This document shows positions 28,837 to 38,963 of a stretch of DNA of 64,000 nt, piece after piece. A program made the position numbers and the translations under genes. The stretch spans positions 128,001-192,000 of the forward strand of contig JBEPVF010000002.1 in NCBI GenBank assembly GCA_041691135.1. The letters run 5' to 3'. This DNA comes from Candidatus Peribacteria bacterium (GTDB taxonomy: Bacteria > Patescibacteriota > Gracilibacteria > Peribacterales > Peribacteraceae). The notes beneath the pieces are model-generated. The model saw only the letters and a list, made by a program, of their open reading frames with translations. It had not been told where the DNA came from and did no database searches. The stretch's first letter is position 1. Each line of letters begins with the position of its first letter.

Positions 28837-29910
28837 ATGCCTGAAGCCACTCCTCCACATACAACTCTTCTCTATTTTGAGGGTAATGCCACTGACATTC
28901 TTAACGATGCATTCCCCGACGAAGAAAATCGCACCCGAGCGTTTCGCGACCGGCTGATGTTTATTATCAACACGTATGCTTCACAGAATGATCAGGCTGG
29001 TCCTCAGTTGGCAGACCTCGTGGAATCACTTCCCTACAATAAAGAATTTGGCCACCAAGATGCACTGATCGCTCTGCAGATTTTACGAGAGACGAATGAA
29101 GCATTATATGAACTACTCGAGGATGATGAAGAATTTAAAGCCTCACTCCGAGGTTCGACAGATGATCCTGACGTAGACCGTGAAGTACGAGCTAGCGCAC
29201 GTGAGTTCAGTGACCATCATGATTTGTCGGGTAAGGATGCGATTGGTCGCGAGGCACGTGCGGCGGGAGATATGATCAATGATCGCGCAATCAGTGATAG
29301 TTTTTATGACGGCAAGTCCGCTAGAGGAGTGGAAGAGGATATTCATACATCTCATCGGGACGGCATTGGCGAATCAGTAACTGCTGACGTTCTTACCTAC
29401 GATGGAACATCGCCAGGTCCAGCATCAACCAACACTGCAGCAGAAAAATTAGGAGCAGATCAATCGCCTGTATCAACTTCAACACCGGAACCGCCGGATG
29501 CAGCCACGCGTCTCTTCGGAGAAAAGCCACGGCGAATCACTGTCGACACCCCTAAGTTCACGGGCAAGAACCCCGGTACTGTTTTTCGTGAAGCCATTGA
29601 TTGGCTTGCCAAAAATCTTATCGCCATTGCCAGCGGTACCTCTTCACAAGATAAGTTTCCCCGCATCGCTCCTATCATTGATGTAAAGTCAGGCGAAAAG
29701 TATTCCACTACCAGAGATGAATTGATGGATCTGGTGGAGGAAATACGATCTCGTTTCGGACGATTACGCTCTCCGTCGGGTGGCACGGATGTTCATGATC
29801 TCCTTATAAATTTCGATCCCAATAATCCAGCAGGTGCAATGGATATATTAAGAGGTCTGCTTGGAGGAGTAAAAAGAGAACACGATGGTGAGGGATGGAA
29901 GAATGCATGA
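28837..29910 (+). CDS. Hypothetical acidic protein
   Basis: 357-codon ORF; TTGACA-17-TTTAAT promoter (28802-28830) 6 nt before the ATG. Confidence 0.75.
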   Translation: MPEATPPHTTLLYFEGNATDILNDAFPDEENRTRAFRDRLMFIINTYASQNDQAGPQLADLVESLPYNKEFGHQDALIALQILRETNEALYELLEDDEEFKASLRGSTDDPDVDREVRASAREFSDHHDLSGKDAIGREARAAGDMINDRAISDSFYDGKSARGVEEDIHTSHRDGIGESVTADVLTYDGTSPGPASTNTAAEKLGADQSPVSTSTPEPPDAATRLFGEKPRRITVDTPKFTGKNPGTVFREAIDWLAKNLIAIASGTSSQDKFPRIAPIIDVKSGEKYSTTRDELMDLVEEIRSRFGRLRSPSGGTDVHDLLINFDPNNPAGAMDILRGLLGGVKREHDGEGWKNA

Positions 29911-29912
29911 GC

Positions 29913-30347
29913 CTATTTTTTCCTTGCTGCCAGCCCATCCAATCCCGGCTTTTTCTCCGCAATTTTGAGGATTTTTTTGAGGATATCCAAATTCAGATCA
30001 TCCAATTTCTTAAAGCTGATGCAACTCTTGCCCACACTCACGTTCCCAAGCTCCTCCTTATACGTTTCCGCAAGGTACTGGCCATCCACAACGGCACAGA
30101 CATACAGACTGATGTAATTCTTTTGATTGGCGAGTCCGATTGTGTGCCATTGCAGTATCTCTTTCTTGTTGTTCTTGTACGGAAAAGAACCGTAGCCGAG
30201 CATGTTGGCCGCAAAGTGGGCCTTCAACGTGGGAGCTGCCTTCTGGATGAAGGCATGCAAAAATTCCAAGATTTCCCGACGCTCGGGCGTAGCAGCTTGC
30301 AGATACTCGTCCACTGTCTTCGCCTTTGTGGGCTTGAACATGTTCAT
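29913..30347 (-). CDS. DUF1801 protein, copy 2
   Basis: Full-length paralog of 19333-19764 (MNMFKP...VGKSCI.FKK). Confidence 0.88.
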   Translation of the reverse strand: MNMFKPTKAKTVDEYLQAATPERREILEFLHAFIQKAAPTLKAHFAANMLGYGSFPYKNNKKEILQWHTIGLANQKNYISLYVCAVVDGQYLAETYKEELGNVSVGKSCISFKKLDDLNLDILKKILKIAEKKPGLDGLAARKK

Positions 30348-30456
30348 AGACGTATTCTATCAGAACATCATTCTGGGTTGCATTCGAATAACTTGGATTA
30401 AGCCGAGCCATCCGTATTCATACGCAATACAACTATTCTTGTTATAGAATGCAGGT

Positions 30457-30732
30457 ATGAATCTTGACCAATGGAAATAGCAATTGGAACAGGACGGTTT
30501 TACCAATGTACACGTGTGTCCTATTCCACCGAATCAGGACTTGCCGGAACACACGCATGACAAGCACACAGTCCATATCATTCTCGATGGAGAATTGACC
30601 ATCATCGGTGCAGAGGGAACGTACACTGACAAGCTCGGCGATCGCGTGGAGTTTCCGGCTGGGACTGTGCACAAAGCGCGAGGTGCGACGGATACGGGAA
30701 CGACGATTATTGGGGTGAAGGGAGGGGCATAG
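30457..30732 (+). pseudogene. Small cupin protein with in-frame TAG at codon 8 (or shortened start at TTG 30484)
   Basis: MNLDQWK*QLEQDGF...PEHTH...HIILDGEL...FPAGTVH cupin motifs. Confidence 0.7.
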
Positions 30733-30875
30733 ATTTAGCGACTACTTTAAACGCATGAAGCCAAATCGAGTCATTTTTCGTCACTACTCACGGTACTCAC
30801 ACCGTAACTAAGATAACCAAAGCCATTAAATTCGGTTATTGTTGACAAAATATTAAATGTTATTAAATTATAAAT

Positions 30876-32516
30876 ATGTTCAGCACTGAATATATCGCTT
30901 CCAACATCGGTTTTGCTGATTATCTTCTACGTCAACCCAAGATTAATGCCAGTGCTATAAAAAAGGCAGAGCAAGAAGCTGATCGTGGCAGGCATACAGC
31001 TGGTACCGCCGCTTTTTTTCGTCACTCAATGGCTCAGACAATAGATCAGTCACGTCCACGTTTTCGAAGTGCCTTCGATGCAGCAGTAAAAAATACACCT
31101 ATCGTGGTTGATGATAAAAATCGCTATACTCAGGAGATGGATACATTGAGCAACATTCTATTGGATGAGTTGTCTGTTGGTCGCAGGTTTTCAGCCATAC
31201 CCAATGAAGTTAATGAAATACATAACGTGACACACGAACTTGATCAAAATATTGAAGGGCATCTTCAGCAATCAGATGCCCTACAGGGTGACCGACCCGC
31301 AGAAATCGTACATCTTCTTTGGGATACGCAAATGACCCTTAGCATCCTATTAGGATTGGAAGCACGTGCTGCTGCCGGTGTTTCTATGAAAGGCAGAATG
31401 GTGGGTCTTCCCGTTCTTCTGTTGAACAATGTTTCGAAATCAATTGCCGCCCTCCAATTACGCCGTCTTCTGCGCAAGATCCCAAAGCTTGCTTTTGCAG
31501 TCGAGGATTTTGAAAAAAATCAGTACCGCGTACCTGGCATTCTTCCAGAAAAAGTGGACATTATGTTGGAGGAGGCAAAAAAAGCAAAAGGTCGTCTTAC
31601 AGTCGGAGCGGTTGATGCCAAATCCCATCTGCTCCTTGGGAAGGCATTGGAATTGACTGCAGGTACTTGTTGGGAAAACACAATCGGCGAACTACCCGAT
31701 GGAGAAATGGGCCTGATATCATCAAAGCCAATGGGAGATTTTGTTTACAGCTATCAGAGGTCAGATCAGCAGACGTTGAGAGAAATGGTAGAAATTGATA
31801 CGGATCATACTACTAAGTTATCGACGGATGATTCAGAACCATTTCCTATGTTCATAAGTAGCAAGGGTAACCTGTGCATTATAGAGAGTTGCCAGTTTGC
31901 GGGGCTCTCTCCTGAACTATTACCGGACAATTCAGTAAAGCAAATGAAAGATATCCTAGAAGGTTCGCGTTCAGGGATCATACGACTTATGCAAGCTCAA
32001 CCACTCATCAGAAAAAATCTCGCATCACTCGGCAGACCTGTAGCAAGAATCGTGGACAGAGACACTCACTATATAGTAATCGACAAGAAATACTCTGATT
32101 TGGCTGAAGGCTTGCTCATGGATATTCGGCACCGCGATAAAGACAAAGGCCCTTTCATGGATGGTTTTTTAGTGGGCAAAAGCAAGCCATTATCTAAATC
32201 TGAAAACGCTCCACTGCCCTTAGAGCCAGAAGCAATGACCATTCGGGATTTGCTAAGTGAAACTGAAAGGGGTCATCTACTTTTTTCTGAATTAGTGGTG
32301 TTACTCGCTCAGCTTGGCATTGAAAAAGAGACGGGGAAAGGCAGTCATACAAAATACACCAATCCGGTTGCGGATAGATTCTGCATTCTCTCGAATCGCT
32401 ATACACGTACTCATAATACTGAGATTCCAATTGGAATAGTAAGAGATAGCCTTGAAGATTTACATCTTTCTGAAGAGCAAATGAAAATGTTGGAATCAGC
32501 TTTAGAAAAATTGTAG
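30876..32516 (+). CDS. Hypothetical protein with C-terminal HicA-like mRNA interferase domain
   Basis: C-terminus ELVVLLAQLGIEKETGKGSHTKYTNP...EIPIGIVRDSL; TTGACA promoter at 30842. Confidence 0.65.
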   Translation: MFSTEYIASNIGFADYLLRQPKINASAIKKAEQEADRGRHTAGTAAFFRHSMAQTIDQSRPRFRSAFDAAVKNTPIVVDDKNRYTQEMDTLSNILLDELSVGRRFSAIPNEVNEIHNVTHELDQNIEGHLQQSDALQGDRPAEIVHLLWDTQMTLSILLGLEARAAAGVSMKGRMVGLPVLLLNNVSKSIAALQLRRLLRKIPKLAFAVEDFEKNQYRVPGILPEKVDIMLEEAKKAKGRLTVGAVDAKSHLLLGKALELTAGTCWENTIGELPDGEMGLISSKPMGDFVYSYQRSDQQTLREMVEIDTDHTTKLSTDDSEPFPMFISSKGNLCIIESCQFAGLSPELLPDNSVKQMKDILEGSRSGIIRLMQAQPLIRKNLASLGRPVARIVDRDTHYIVIDKKYSDLAEGLLMDIRHRDKDKGPFMDGFLVGKSKPLSKSENAPLPLEPEAMTIRDLLSETERGHLLFSELVVLLAQLGIEKETGKGSHTKYTNPVADRFCILSNRYTRTHNTEIPIGIVRDSLEDLHLSEEQMKMLESALEKL

Positions 32517-32552
32517 TCGGACAGGAACCGAATTATGTTATAGATTTGAATC

Positions 32553-33059
32553 ATGGATGCCCTATCGATTCTAGAACTGGCAGAGATCCGTAAAGCACTC
32601 GTGCAAATCTTTGCGTTCACGTTGGAGCTTCAAAAAAGTAACCCCTTGGCTTGCTATATAAAGGCGCCCCAAATTCCTTCTATATTTTCAGAGTCGCTGA
32701 CGGTTCACCTCTTGCGAAGAGGACTGATATTGCCTGAACTACAAGCAGCCACATTTACTATCGGAGGCATTGCTGATGTAACTGGAATCCAAGATAAAGT
32801 ACTGACTAAAATTGAGGTAAAGGCAACCGGAGACAAAGGCTTTCAACGTCTTGGCATTAAAGACCTGCAGGCTGATTATCTCGTATGGATACATTTTAAT
32901 TTATTTTTTAAGGGTCAAGCACATGAACCTATGACAGTATGGACGGTTGCGAAGCCAGCAAGATTTTTCCAAAAACCAGGAATACTGACGATGAAGAACT
33001 TCAAATTAAAGGCTGCTGCTCTGCAAGAACATTCTATTGCATTCGACGACTTACATTAA
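32553..33059 (+). CDS. Putative PD-(D/E)XK restriction-like nuclease
   Basis: FSE helix, ADV...KIEVKATG, ADYLVW. Confidence 0.6.
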   Translation: MDALSILELAEIRKALVQIFAFTLELQKSNPLACYIKAPQIPSIFSESLTVHLLRRGLILPELQAATFTIGGIADVTGIQDKVLTKIEVKATGDKGFQRLGIKDLQADYLVWIHFNLFFKGQAHEPMTVWTVAKPARFFQKPGILTMKNFKLKAAALQEHSIAFDDLH

Positions 33060-33060
33060 C

Positions 33061-33087
33061 AAAAGGGGCCGCTCTCGCAGCCCCTTT
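33061..33087. terminator. Intrinsic terminator between convergent genes
   Basis: AAAAGGGGC-N-GCCCCTTT. Confidence 0.7.
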
Positions 33088-33125
33088 CTATTCCCTTGCC
33101 GATGATGTTTTGTTGCGGGATCACA

Positions 33126-33554
33126 TTATTGACCCTTGGGACCGCCTGGCCCCGATTCGATCTTGGTCACATTGAAGGCGCTATCAAACTTCACCGTCAC
33201 ATGTGAACCGTCCGCTTTGGTCATGTGCGCTTCGTAGGCATCGCCTTCGGCGTCAGTCTCGACGCGGTCGACGGTGCCGCCGGGGACTGCCACAAGGGCA
33301 GCAGCAGTTACCTTGGACGCATTGTCTCCCGTCAGTAACTCTTCCTTCGTGCCGTTCGCTCCGACGTGTCCGCCTTGGTGAGGATCGAATTGAGTATCTG
33401 CAACATCCGTATCCGGATCTGCCTGGCTCACTTGCGCCTGTGAGGTGGTGGCGGAGCTGACTTGCTGTGCGCTGGATATCTGGGCGAGGAGTGGAATCGC
33501 AAGTACCATGCTGGACATGCCGGCGATGGCGCCGATCGTGAATTTGTTCTTCAT
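33126..33554 (-). CDS. Secreted PepSY-like protein
   Basis: MKNKFTIGAIAG signal peptide; AAALVAVPGGTVDRVETD...YEAHMTKADG..VTVKFD. Confidence 0.8.
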   Translation of the reverse strand: MKNKFTIGAIAGMSSMVLAIPLLAQISSAQQVSSATTSQAQVSQADPDTDVADTQFDPHQGGHVGANGTKEELLTGDNASKVTAAALVAVPGGTVDRVETDAEGDAYEAHMTKADGSHVTVKFDSAFNVTKIESGPGGPKGQ

Positions 33555-33678
33555 AGAATGAGGTGGTAAGAAGTAAAAAAGAAGTAAACGTTGTCGCGAC
33601 AATTGCCACTATATGTACGTGGCATTAAGACTCGGATAACGTCGCTGCCACTTTCACAACGTTGTACTATTGATCGAC

Positions 33679-34482
33679 ATGATTCGCCTCCTCCAGCCTT
33701 CTGATCGGCAATTGATCCTCGACTATGTCTATGCAGCTGAAAAGGAGAACATGTTCATCATCGGCAGCTTCAACCGGCCTGAGCCGTTTGAAAACAACGT
33801 GTATCTCGGTAGTTTTACGAACGATCTGCTGGTAGGACTTGGAACATTTTTCAAGCGTTTCGGCAGCCTCGTTGTTCATGCGCATGATGAAGAGGTCCTC
33901 AGAAATGTGACGAACTATTTCGGCGAACGAAAAGTGCCGATTGAATTTGTTCCAGCCTTTAAGAAGTATGCCACTCCAACGATCGAAGCACTTCGGCACT
34001 TCGGCTATGAGCCAACCGAGATCGCGGATCAAACAGTTTTTCTGCTGACATCAGATTCCTTCACCGATCACTCCGATGAATCGACGGCGTTGGCAACGGA
34101 ACAGGACATCGATGAAATCATCCGTCTGCAATGGGCAGCTGATGAAGAAGATCCGCATCAGGAAATTACAGAAAAGGATCGGCGGCAAATCCTGATCGAC
34201 TCGGAATTCATCACGAAACTCGACGGCAAGATCATCTCGAGCGCCAATGTTCAGGGTGTCTCGGAGCACTACATTCAGATCGGCGGCGTCGCAACCCATC
34301 CAGACTATCAAGGCAAAGGATATGCCAAACGAACAGTGAGTGCCGTCTGTCGATACTGGATGGCCAGAGGAAAGCACGTCCTGCTTTTCTGCCGGAATGA
34401 AAATGTGGCTGCGCTCAAGGTCTATGCCGCACTAGGCTTTCAGTCCATCGATGAATTTGTCATTGGTGTCTATAATGTGTAA
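33679..34482 (+). CDS. GNAT acetyltransferase (two-domain, FR47-like)
   Basis: IGGVATHPDYQGKGYA...N.AALKVYAALGF. Confidence 0.9.
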   Translation: MIRLLQPSDRQLILDYVYAAEKENMFIIGSFNRPEPFENNVYLGSFTNDLLVGLGTFFKRFGSLVVHAHDEEVLRNVTNYFGERKVPIEFVPAFKKYATPTIEALRHFGYEPTEIADQTVFLLTSDSFTDHSDESTALATEQDIDEIIRLQWAADEEDPHQEITEKDRRQILIDSEFITKLDGKIISSANVQGVSEHYIQIGGVATHPDYQGKGYAKRTVSAVCRYWMARGKHVLLFCRNENVAALKVYAALGFQSIDEFVIGVYNV

Positions 34483-34655
34483 TTAACGAAAACCCTGCTT
34501 TTTCCTTTAAGGAATGGGACAATCGCCTACTTTTTTTACTCTAATTGACTGTTGAATGGCTTCAGGATCAGTTGTGGGCTGGTAAGGGATTGAGCCAAAT
34601 TTCAGCCATTAGTCGTAATATTGACTAATTCATAAAAATTAGTTAAAAAATACGT

Positions 34656-36206
34656 GTGTCCGAAGACCAAAGCGCTGATGAAAGGCAATACTTTGAGAAC
34701 CTTGCGACAAATTGTCGTGCTCAATCAGTAACAGTACCTCACACTCAAACTAGTAAGCGACTTGCCAAACTTGATGACCATCAAGTGGAAGCGATGGAAA
34801 AAATTGCTGAAGCTGTAGAAGGAGGAATTGAAAGACAACAAAATACAATCCGTGGCTTAATCACACATTGTTGCGGCTCAGGTAAAACTTGGGTTCAGAC
34901 CAATCTTGCAATTGCCTCAGCTCTTGCTCGTAAGAATTCAGACAATCAAAACGGAAAGGATATTCTTGTCGGAACAGAACGATCTTCCATCCTTCAACTC
35001 GAAGACTATTGCAATAATGCAGGTCTAGATACAGGCGTATGGGGCGCTGGCAGGCGCATGTTAGACCGACCAACTTTAGTGACCACTATTCAAGCGCTTC
35101 AGGTAAATCAAAGAGATCTCAATCGACTTTTTGGAAACAACATACACTTGCTTGTCGGTGACGAAGCAGATTTGTATTTAAGCGGACCTCGTTCAGAAGT
35201 GATCAAGCAAGTTCCCGCCAAAGTAAAAGTTGGCTTCACGGGAACACCCGATTTGCCCGACGGGAGACACGCGAGTGAGGTATGGGGTGAAGTTCTAAGT
35301 ACACTCTCTTTGCGCGATGGAATTTTAAAAAGCAAAAACGTTCCACCATATTACTATCTCTATGGAGCAAACATCGATGAGTCTTCTTTCAAAATGCGAG
35401 GCGATGACTACGATCCAAGTACTGTCGCAGCTGCACTTGCACAAGTAGAAATCTGGAACGCACTTCCTGATCTATATGATCGCCTCGTACCCATTGGTCG
35501 GCGCAAGGAGTTACCGACGCTGATGTATTTGCCAAATGTTGATCTTGTTCGTTCCGTGACTGAGGAATTACGGAGGCGACACGGTGATAAATTGGATATT
35601 CGCTACTGGTCAGGTGATGATACCTCTTCGAGTGAGCTCAAGGATGATATAGAAGACTACGATAATGGTAACGTGCACATTCTGGGATTATGTGAGATGG
35701 GCGGAAGAAGTTTAAATTTCGTAAATGCCCGAATCCTCTTCGATTGTTATCCAACTCAGTCTAAACGCAAGTACGAGCAACGAGTGGCAAGAGTAATGAG
35801 GCGTATTTGGCCAGGCTCAGAGTTACATAACCGTGGCATTAGAAAAGAAGGATGCACTATTATTCAAATAGTTCCCACACGTCGCCAGGGTAGCCATTAC
35901 TTTCGCCCGGTAACCCTACCCGATATCTTAGGTGAAGATACTTGGATAGATGTAAAAAAAGGACAACCCTTGCTGGCAGGACAGCGTAATCACGATGACT
36001 CCAATGGCGCTCCTATCTTGCAAGATATTATTGATTTACGTGAGCAAATCCAAGCGCAGAACCCTGACTATTCACTCCAGCTCATTCAAGAATTAGACGT
36101 ACTACGAGAACTACGTACACGTGGAAATCTGCCGCGAGCAGATCTCGACGGAGGACGTTTTTACTTAGGCCGAAAATATGTCCGCAGAGGATCTCCCACT
36201 GAATAA
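34656..36206 (+). CDS. SF2 DEAD/DEAH helicase (ResIII-like)
   Basis: HQ Q-motif, CGSGKT, TTIQAL, GDEAD, FTGTP, GRSLN, EQRVARVMR. Confidence 0.85.
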   Translation: MSEDQSADERQYFENLATNCRAQSVTVPHTQTSKRLAKLDDHQVEAMEKIAEAVEGGIERQQNTIRGLITHCCGSGKTWVQTNLAIASALARKNSDNQNGKDILVGTERSSILQLEDYCNNAGLDTGVWGAGRRMLDRPTLVTTIQALQVNQRDLNRLFGNNIHLLVGDEADLYLSGPRSEVIKQVPAKVKVGFTGTPDLPDGRHASEVWGEVLSTLSLRDGILKSKNVPPYYYLYGANIDESSFKMRGDDYDPSTVAAALAQVEIWNALPDLYDRLVPIGRRKELPTLMYLPNVDLVRSVTEELRRRHGDKLDIRYWSGDDTSSSELKDDIEDYDNGNVHILGLCEMGGRSLNFVNARILFDCYPTQSKRKYEQRVARVMRRIWPGSELHNRGIRKEGCTIIQIVPTRRQGSHYFRPVTLPDILGEDTWIDVKKGQPLLAGQRNHDDSNGAPILQDIIDLREQIQAQNPDYSLQLIQELDVLRELRTRGNLPRADLDGGRFYLGRKYVRRGSPTE

Positions 36207-37671
36207 CGACGGCGATAAGGAGCGATGGGGCATTCCAGAAGGATGGAGTGAGGTCTTGAATTTACCTGTAAAAACTATTAAAGATCGAATGGAAATTTCA
36301 GAAGGCGATCAACACTTGGACGGAAACGGCAGAATGAGAATCTTCTATGCTGAATCGTATGTGCGCGAGCAACTTAAAGATGTCTTGGAAATGTCAATAG
36401 CACAAAGAGGAGGAGGTTTCATGCGAAAAGGCGAATTACATGGCCACAAAAAATTTTGGTCAGACTATTTAGAAGAAAGTTTCAAAATGGAAAAGGGCTG
36501 TATATCAATACTACTAAATCAATATGGAGAAGGCGTCACTGGTATAACTCATGCTGGCACCATAAGAGATGAGGCATATTTTCCTGAGAGCCAAGTAATG
36601 AATATTGTGGAAGCAATTCCTATGGCCGATAAAGAAAAATGCCTAAGACAAGGAGATAATTACTATTGGACAATCCACAGTAGTCCTGATGACTATCGTG
36701 ATAGATTTGATTTTCAATATGACGAAATTGTCATTGCAAAATCTCCATCAGGCAAAGCTAGAATTTATTATCTCGAGGAAGCTGTAGAGCGCGTTAAAGG
36801 ATACAATCCGCACAAATTCGAGGAGGAGATGCTTCTAGCTACAGAAAGACGTATCAAAATGAACGAAGCAGAACGTCTTGCTCCACAATTCGACTTAAAA
36901 AGACAGTATATGCGCTGTGATAGAAAGACTGTTGAATCAATGACAATCACCGAAGCTAATAATATAGAATCTATGGTTGCAATTGCAATAGATACTCATC
37001 CTACATCAGCAGACTTTTTAACTTTTCGAAACAGTATACTGCGCTTTAGAATTGGATCTTGGCAAAGATTTGCAAAAGTATTTGGCTACAATGGTGATCC
37101 AAATGAGGATTTCATACTTCGTCTAAAAATTGCAGAAAGGATATATGGAAAAGAAGATCCATTTGTTATTACAAAAACATTAGAAACTTATGAGCTTCTG
37201 AAGTACCCCCATGAAGAGTTGGGTGAAGTTGCACTTCAATGGGCAGATGATATAAGAGCAAAGGCGGTAAACTCTGAAATATGGTTCAATTGCGCGGAGC
37301 AATTGGCTAAGAAACATTACAGGATTAGTGATACTGCTCTTCACAAATTTGCAAAGAGAGTGGGCTATTCAGCAGGACGACTTAAACACCCTGAGGTGAG
37401 AATGATAATTGGATTTATCCTCTATGGAACTAATGATCAGTTCTTATTTTCGCGCATAGAGCAATATGAGTCGCTAAACCTTCTGATTAGAGGAAGATTT
37501 TTTAATGTGCCTAAGAAAGATCCAGAAATAAGGCACGATGCTACTGGAGAAATCATCGACCCTTCTGCTGATTTCGTAATTAGTCCATTTGCCCCCGAAT
37601 CACAGAAAGCTCCATTTTGGCTTAAACAACTTCGACAAAGACTAATTGACTCTAAAACTGCACAAGAATAA
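36178..37671 (+). CDS. Hypothetical protein with two kinds of internal repeats
   Basis: Overlaps the helicase by 29 nt; (F/Y)..ES.V-like motif x3 and FAK..GY...R..I...YG..D.F x2. Confidence 0.75.
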   Translation: MSAEDLPLNNDGDKERWGIPEGWSEVLNLPVKTIKDRMEISEGDQHLDGNGRMRIFYAESYVREQLKDVLEMSIAQRGGGFMRKGELHGHKKFWSDYLEESFKMEKGCISILLNQYGEGVTGITHAGTIRDEAYFPESQVMNIVEAIPMADKEKCLRQGDNYYWTIHSSPDDYRDRFDFQYDEIVIAKSPSGKARIYYLEEAVERVKGYNPHKFEEEMLLATERRIKMNEAERLAPQFDLKRQYMRCDRKTVESMTITEANNIESMVAIAIDTHPTSADFLTFRNSILRFRIGSWQRFAKVFGYNGDPNEDFILRLKIAERIYGKEDPFVITKTLETYELLKYPHEELGEVALQWADDIRAKAVNSEIWFNCAEQLAKKHYRISDTALHKFAKRVGYSAGRLKHPEVRMIIGFILYGTNDQFLFSRIEQYESLNLLIRGRFFNVPKKDPEIRHDATGEIIDPSADFVISPFAPESQKAPFWLKQLRQRLIDSKTAQE

Positions 37672-37701
37672 CGTTCCCCTTAATCCTTCCCCTCCTCCCT
37701 T

Positions 37702-38127
37702 ATGGATTTCTCCAACATCAATCTCCTTGCCGTCCTCGTCGCAGCCATCGCTGCCTTTGTGATCGGCTTCCTGTGGCACGGGCCGCTCTTCGGCAAACAG
37801 TGGATGGCGATGATGAACATTCCTCAGTCGGAAGTGGATGCTATGCAGGCCAAGGGCATGGGACCGATGGTGCCCAGTATGATCGCCGCGCTGGTGCAGC
37901 AGATCATCACCGCATTCGTCATGGCACACCTCGCCAACGCACTCGCAATCACCGATGCCACAGCCGCCGTGCTGTTTGCCGTCTTGATCTGGCTCGGCTT
38001 CTTCGCAACGACGATGCTCAATGCCGTGCTGTGGGAGAAGAGAAAGATGAATCTGTATCTGTTCAACATCACCTACCATCTCGTCTCGCTCATCGTTGTC
38101 GCACTGATCGTGGTGCTGTGGCGCTGA
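37702..38127 (+). CDS. DUF1761 membrane protein
   Basis: INLLAVLVAAI..F.IGFLW.GPLFGK.W signature, four TM segments. Confidence 0.88.
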   Translation: MDFSNINLLAVLVAAIAAFVIGFLWHGPLFGKQWMAMMNIPQSEVDAMQAKGMGPMVPSMIAALVQQIITAFVMAHLANALAITDATAAVLFAVLIWLGFFATTMLNAVLWEKRKMNLYLFNITYHLVSLIVVALIVVLWR

Positions 38128-38151
38128 ACATTGGAATCATTTCACTCAAAT

Positions 38152-38182
38152 AAAAAGGAGCTGCCCTGCAGCTCCTTTTTTT
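38152..38182. terminator. Bidirectional intrinsic terminator
   Basis: AAAAAGGAGCTGC-CCT-GCAGCTCCTTTTTTT. Confidence 0.85.
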
Positions 38183-38219
38183 CCCTTTCCCTCTGATGTC
38201 ATCGATTCGCATACCTCGA

Positions 38220-38963
38220 CTACTGAGCCGAGGAAGTCTGATTTGTTGCAGTCCCCTTCGACGGACGCGTTGGGAGCGTCACGCCTTTTTCGGCTGCGAT
38301 TTGCTGAATCGTCTTACCGCTGTCGAGTGCCGTTTGGAGTTCTGCCTCCGTCATACCGAGTTTCTGCGCGAGCATATCGTTACGCGGACCGTGTCTGAAA
38401 CCCATTGGAGATGCCGGTAATGTCACGCCTTTTTCCGTGGCGATTTGCTGGATAGTCTTTCCCCCGGCGAGCGCCGCTTTAAGTTCCGTCTCGGTCATAC
38501 CGAGTTTCGCAGCGAGCTCAGCCGAATTCGGACCATCATGTCCCGAGCCACCGCGGCCGCCGAAGCCGAATGGCATCATGGCGGACTTCAGGCCGGCATT
38601 CGCCGTGATCGCATTTTGAACGGTCGCACGCTCGGCTTGATCGGCTGTCTTAACAGCCGCTTCGCGTTGCGTTTCATCGGTGATAGATGCGGCCGCTGTG
38701 AGTGCGGCTATATGCGTTTGGGCAACGTTTTTCTGGATCGTGACCATAGCATCGATGTTCGCAAGGAATGCATTATCTCTGGCAATGAGGTCTTGAACGC
38801 TCTGTTGCGTCGAACCGGGAATCACGCGTGGAGAAAATGCTGTGTTGGTCGCACCGGACTCCGTTGGGGCCGAAGCGGCACTGGATACCTGGGCAATGAT
38901 CGGCACTGCGAGTGCCAGTGAGGACATACCGGCGATGACGCCGAGTGTGAATTTATTCTTCAT
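38220..38963 (-). CDS. Secreted protein with two LA.KLGMTE.EL..AL..GKTIQQIA.EKGV repeats
   Basis: MKNKFTLGVIAG signal peptide; duplicated ~35-aa C-terminal unit. Confidence 0.8.
   Translation of the reverse strand: MKNKFTLGVIAGMSSLALAVPIIAQVSSAASAPTESGATNTAFSPRVIPGSTQQSVQDLIARDNAFLANIDAMVTIQKNVAQTHIAALTAAASITDETQREAAVKTADQAERATVQNAITANAGLKSAMMPFGFGGRGGSGHDGPNSAELAAKLGMTETELKAALAGGKTIQQIATEKGVTLPASPMGFRHGPRNDMLAQKLGMTEAELQTALDSGKTIQQIAAEKGVTLPTRPSKGTATNQTSSAQ

Noticed and set aside
34656-36206. Type III restriction Res subunit
   Set aside because: No Mod methylase gene and no C-terminal PD-(D/E)XK motif seen
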